From NCBI GenBank assembly GCA_051747805.1, contig JBNJGP010000081.1, positions 1-11,347 of the forward strand: 11,347 nt of DNA, in the 5' to 3' direction. Within the stretch, counting starts at the first letter, position 1. Each line of letters opens with the position of its first letter. The notes beneath the pieces are model-generated. The model was given only the letters and a program-made list of their open reading frames with translations, ran no database searches and was not told where the DNA came from. Of this stretch, positions 10,065 through 11,347 are shown in pieces. A program made the translations under genes and the position numbers. This DNA is from Candidatus Muiribacteriota bacterium (GTDB lineage Bacteria; Muiribacteriota; Muiribacteriia; Muiribacteriales; Muiribacteriaceae).

Positions 10065-10226
10065 AGTAAAAAGCTTTCTGCTTAGTAAAATCACCTAAAG
10101 GTGATAGTAAATGGTCTACCGACCAAGTAATAATGTGAGAGCTGCTTTTCGCAGCGAACAGAGTGCTTATAGCACGTGTAGAGCTCGTTTCACTCACGTT
10201 TAGAGCAAGCTTTGCTTGCGTTAACA
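10065..10226. repeat. Array of short variable hairpins joined by conserved linkers (array 1)
   Basis: First part: AGTAAA-AAGC tttct GCTT-AGTAAA-ATCACC taaa GGTGAT-AGTAAA-TGGTC tacc GACCA-AGTAAT. Second part: tgtgaga-GCTGC ttttc GCAGC-gaacaga-GTGCT tat AGCAC-gtgtaga-gctcgtttcactcac-gtttaga-GCAAGC ttt GCTTGC-gttaaca. Confidence 0.85.
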
Positions 10227-10298
10227 ACAAATGCTTTTGTTTAAGTGTCTACAAGTTAAAAATTCTTATTGATAATTGCTATTGCAAACCCTACATCC

Positions 10299-10327
10299 TT
10301 GTTTTTTACAAAAAAAAATTGTATAAT
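10299..10327 (+). promoter_or_regulatory. Putative sigma70 promoter of the DUF6901-like gene
   Basis: TTGTTT (10299-10304), a 17 nt spacer, then a perfect TATAAT (10322-10327), about 80 nt upstream of the start codon. The AT-rich background lowers specificity. Confidence 0.55.
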
Positions 10328-10406
10328 TTCTAATATAATAAAAATTTCACATGTTTAATTTGCATTTTCTAAGAAATTTAGAATTACTCTAAAAACGGAG
10401 AATAAT

Positions 10407-11105
10407 TTGAAAAAAATAATATATAAATTCAATATAGAAAAAAATAAATCAAAAGAAGTTGAAATCAAACTTCGAGAACCTAGTCTAGAATACATTAATG
10501 ATTATAATACTAATCCCCCTGACTGGGCAAAACTAAATAACAAAAAATGTTCAGTCTGCGGCCTTGATAAAAATAATAGTGAATATTGTCCAATAGCACG
10601 TAACATTGCTCCTTTAATTAAAGAATTTTCTAAATATATTTCATATAAAGAAATTAAATTAGAAATTATAACCAAAGAAAGAAACATATATAAAAAAATA
10701 CCAATGGCAGATGGATTAAGTTCACTTTTTGGTATTATAATGACAACCTCTGGATGCAAACCTCTTAATATGCTTAGACCCATGGTTTTTACCCATTTGC
10801 CTTTTGCCACATCAAAAGAAACAATTATTAGAGTTTTGTCTAATTATCTACTGGGACAATATTTTAGAAAAACTGAAGGACTCACTCCTGAATGGGATTT
10901 AAAAGGTCTTCTTGAAATATACAAACAAATATCTGAAATAAATCTAAGTTTTATTAACAGATTACGTGGAATGGGAATTGAAAACGACGCCCATCTGAAC
11001 GCATTAGTAAAATTGGATTGTTTTAATTTCTTTATAACCTCAACTATAAACGATGAACAAATTGTAAATTTAAAAGAATATTTCCACCCTTTTTTTAAAA
11101 AATGA
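10407..11105 (+). CDS. DUF6901-like uncharacterised protein with Cys motifs
   Basis: 232 aa ORF with a TTG start and GGAG at 10397-10400. Motifs PDWAKL...CSVC.L...CP.A, TSGC, RPM...HLPFA..ET..R...YLLGQYF resemble the DUF6901 family. The family call is from recall, not a search. Confidence 0.75.
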   Translation: MKKIIYKFNIEKNKSKEVEIKLREPSLEYINDYNTNPPDWAKLNNKKCSVCGLDKNNSEYCPIARNIAPLIKEFSKYISYKEIKLEIITKERNIYKKIPMADGLSSLFGIIMTTSGCKPLNMLRPMVFTHLPFATSKETIIRVLSNYLLGQYFRKTEGLTPEWDLKGLLEIYKQISEINLSFINRLRGMGIENDAHLNALVKLDCFNFFITSTINDEQIVNLKEYFHPFFKK

Positions 11106-11212
11106 TTATAAGCCTATAAAACTAAAATTTTTCTTATTCAATTATTATAGTATTTCATTCATTTTTCATTATGAATTATTAATTGCTATTTTCTGCTTCT
11201 AATCTGTCATTT

Positions 11213-11233
11213 TTAATTCTTAATTCTTAATTT
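11213..11233. repeat. Heptamer tandem repeat TTAATTC x3 (last copy TTAATTT)
   Basis: Copies at 11213-11219, 11220-11226 and 11227-11233. Confidence 0.55.
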
Positions 11234-11280
11234 GAGTTTAGCAAAAAATAGAAATTTTAACCTGTAAACAATTATAAAAC

Positions 11281-11347
11281 AGTAAAGTTGGCTTAAACCA
11301 ACAGTAAACGACCGAAGGTCGAGTAAAGTCAGCAAAAGCTGACAGTT
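11281..11347. repeat. Array of short variable hairpins joined by AGTAAA (array 2, possibly cut by the window edge)
   Basis: AGTAAA-GTTGG cttaaa CCAAC-AGTAAA-CGACC gaa GGTCG-AGTAAA-GTCAGC aaaa GCTGAC-AGTT. Linkers start at 11281, 11303, 11322 and 11344. Confidence 0.88.

Noticed and set aside
10065..10226. CRISPR array or type III toxin-antitoxin repeat
   Set aside because: The constant part is only 6-7 nt, the variable parts are 13-16 nt and self-complementary, and no cas gene is present. The units are not near-identical, and a predicted promoter separates the array from the downstream gene.
9991..10230. 79 aa minus-strand ORF as a gene or lasso/RiPP precursor
   Set aside because: It has a TTG start with no SD and runs through the hairpin array. 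Its composition is unlike the K/N/I-rich real proteins, and it has no YxxPxL leader or convincing lasso core.
10270..10289. Fur box
   Set aside because: Only the GATAAT half-site matches well (about 10 of 19 positions overall), which is expected by chance in such AT-rich DNA.
9782..10810. ORFs 9782-9970 (+) and 10502-10810 (-)
   Set aside because: They are antisense shadows of the 271 aa and 232 aa genes.

Overview
AT-rich bacterial window. Four tightly coupled minus-strand genes form a likely operon (9952->164): a TPR-containing hypothetical protein, an asparagine-synthetase-like ATP pyrophosphatase lacking an intact glutaminase N-terminus, a bacterial alpha-2-macroglobulin with an intact CxEQ thioester motif, and penicillin-binding protein 1C. 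A DUF6901-like Cys-motif protein is transcribed divergently (10407-11105). The most unusual signal is non-coding: two arrays (about 10065-10226 and 11281 to the window end) of short inverted repeats. Each hairpin has a different sequence, but they are joined by near-constant 6-7 nt linkers (AGTAAA, or G..AGA) at a 19-22 nt period. Structure and linker are conserved while stem sequence is not. All family assignments come from motif recognition by eye; no searches were run.
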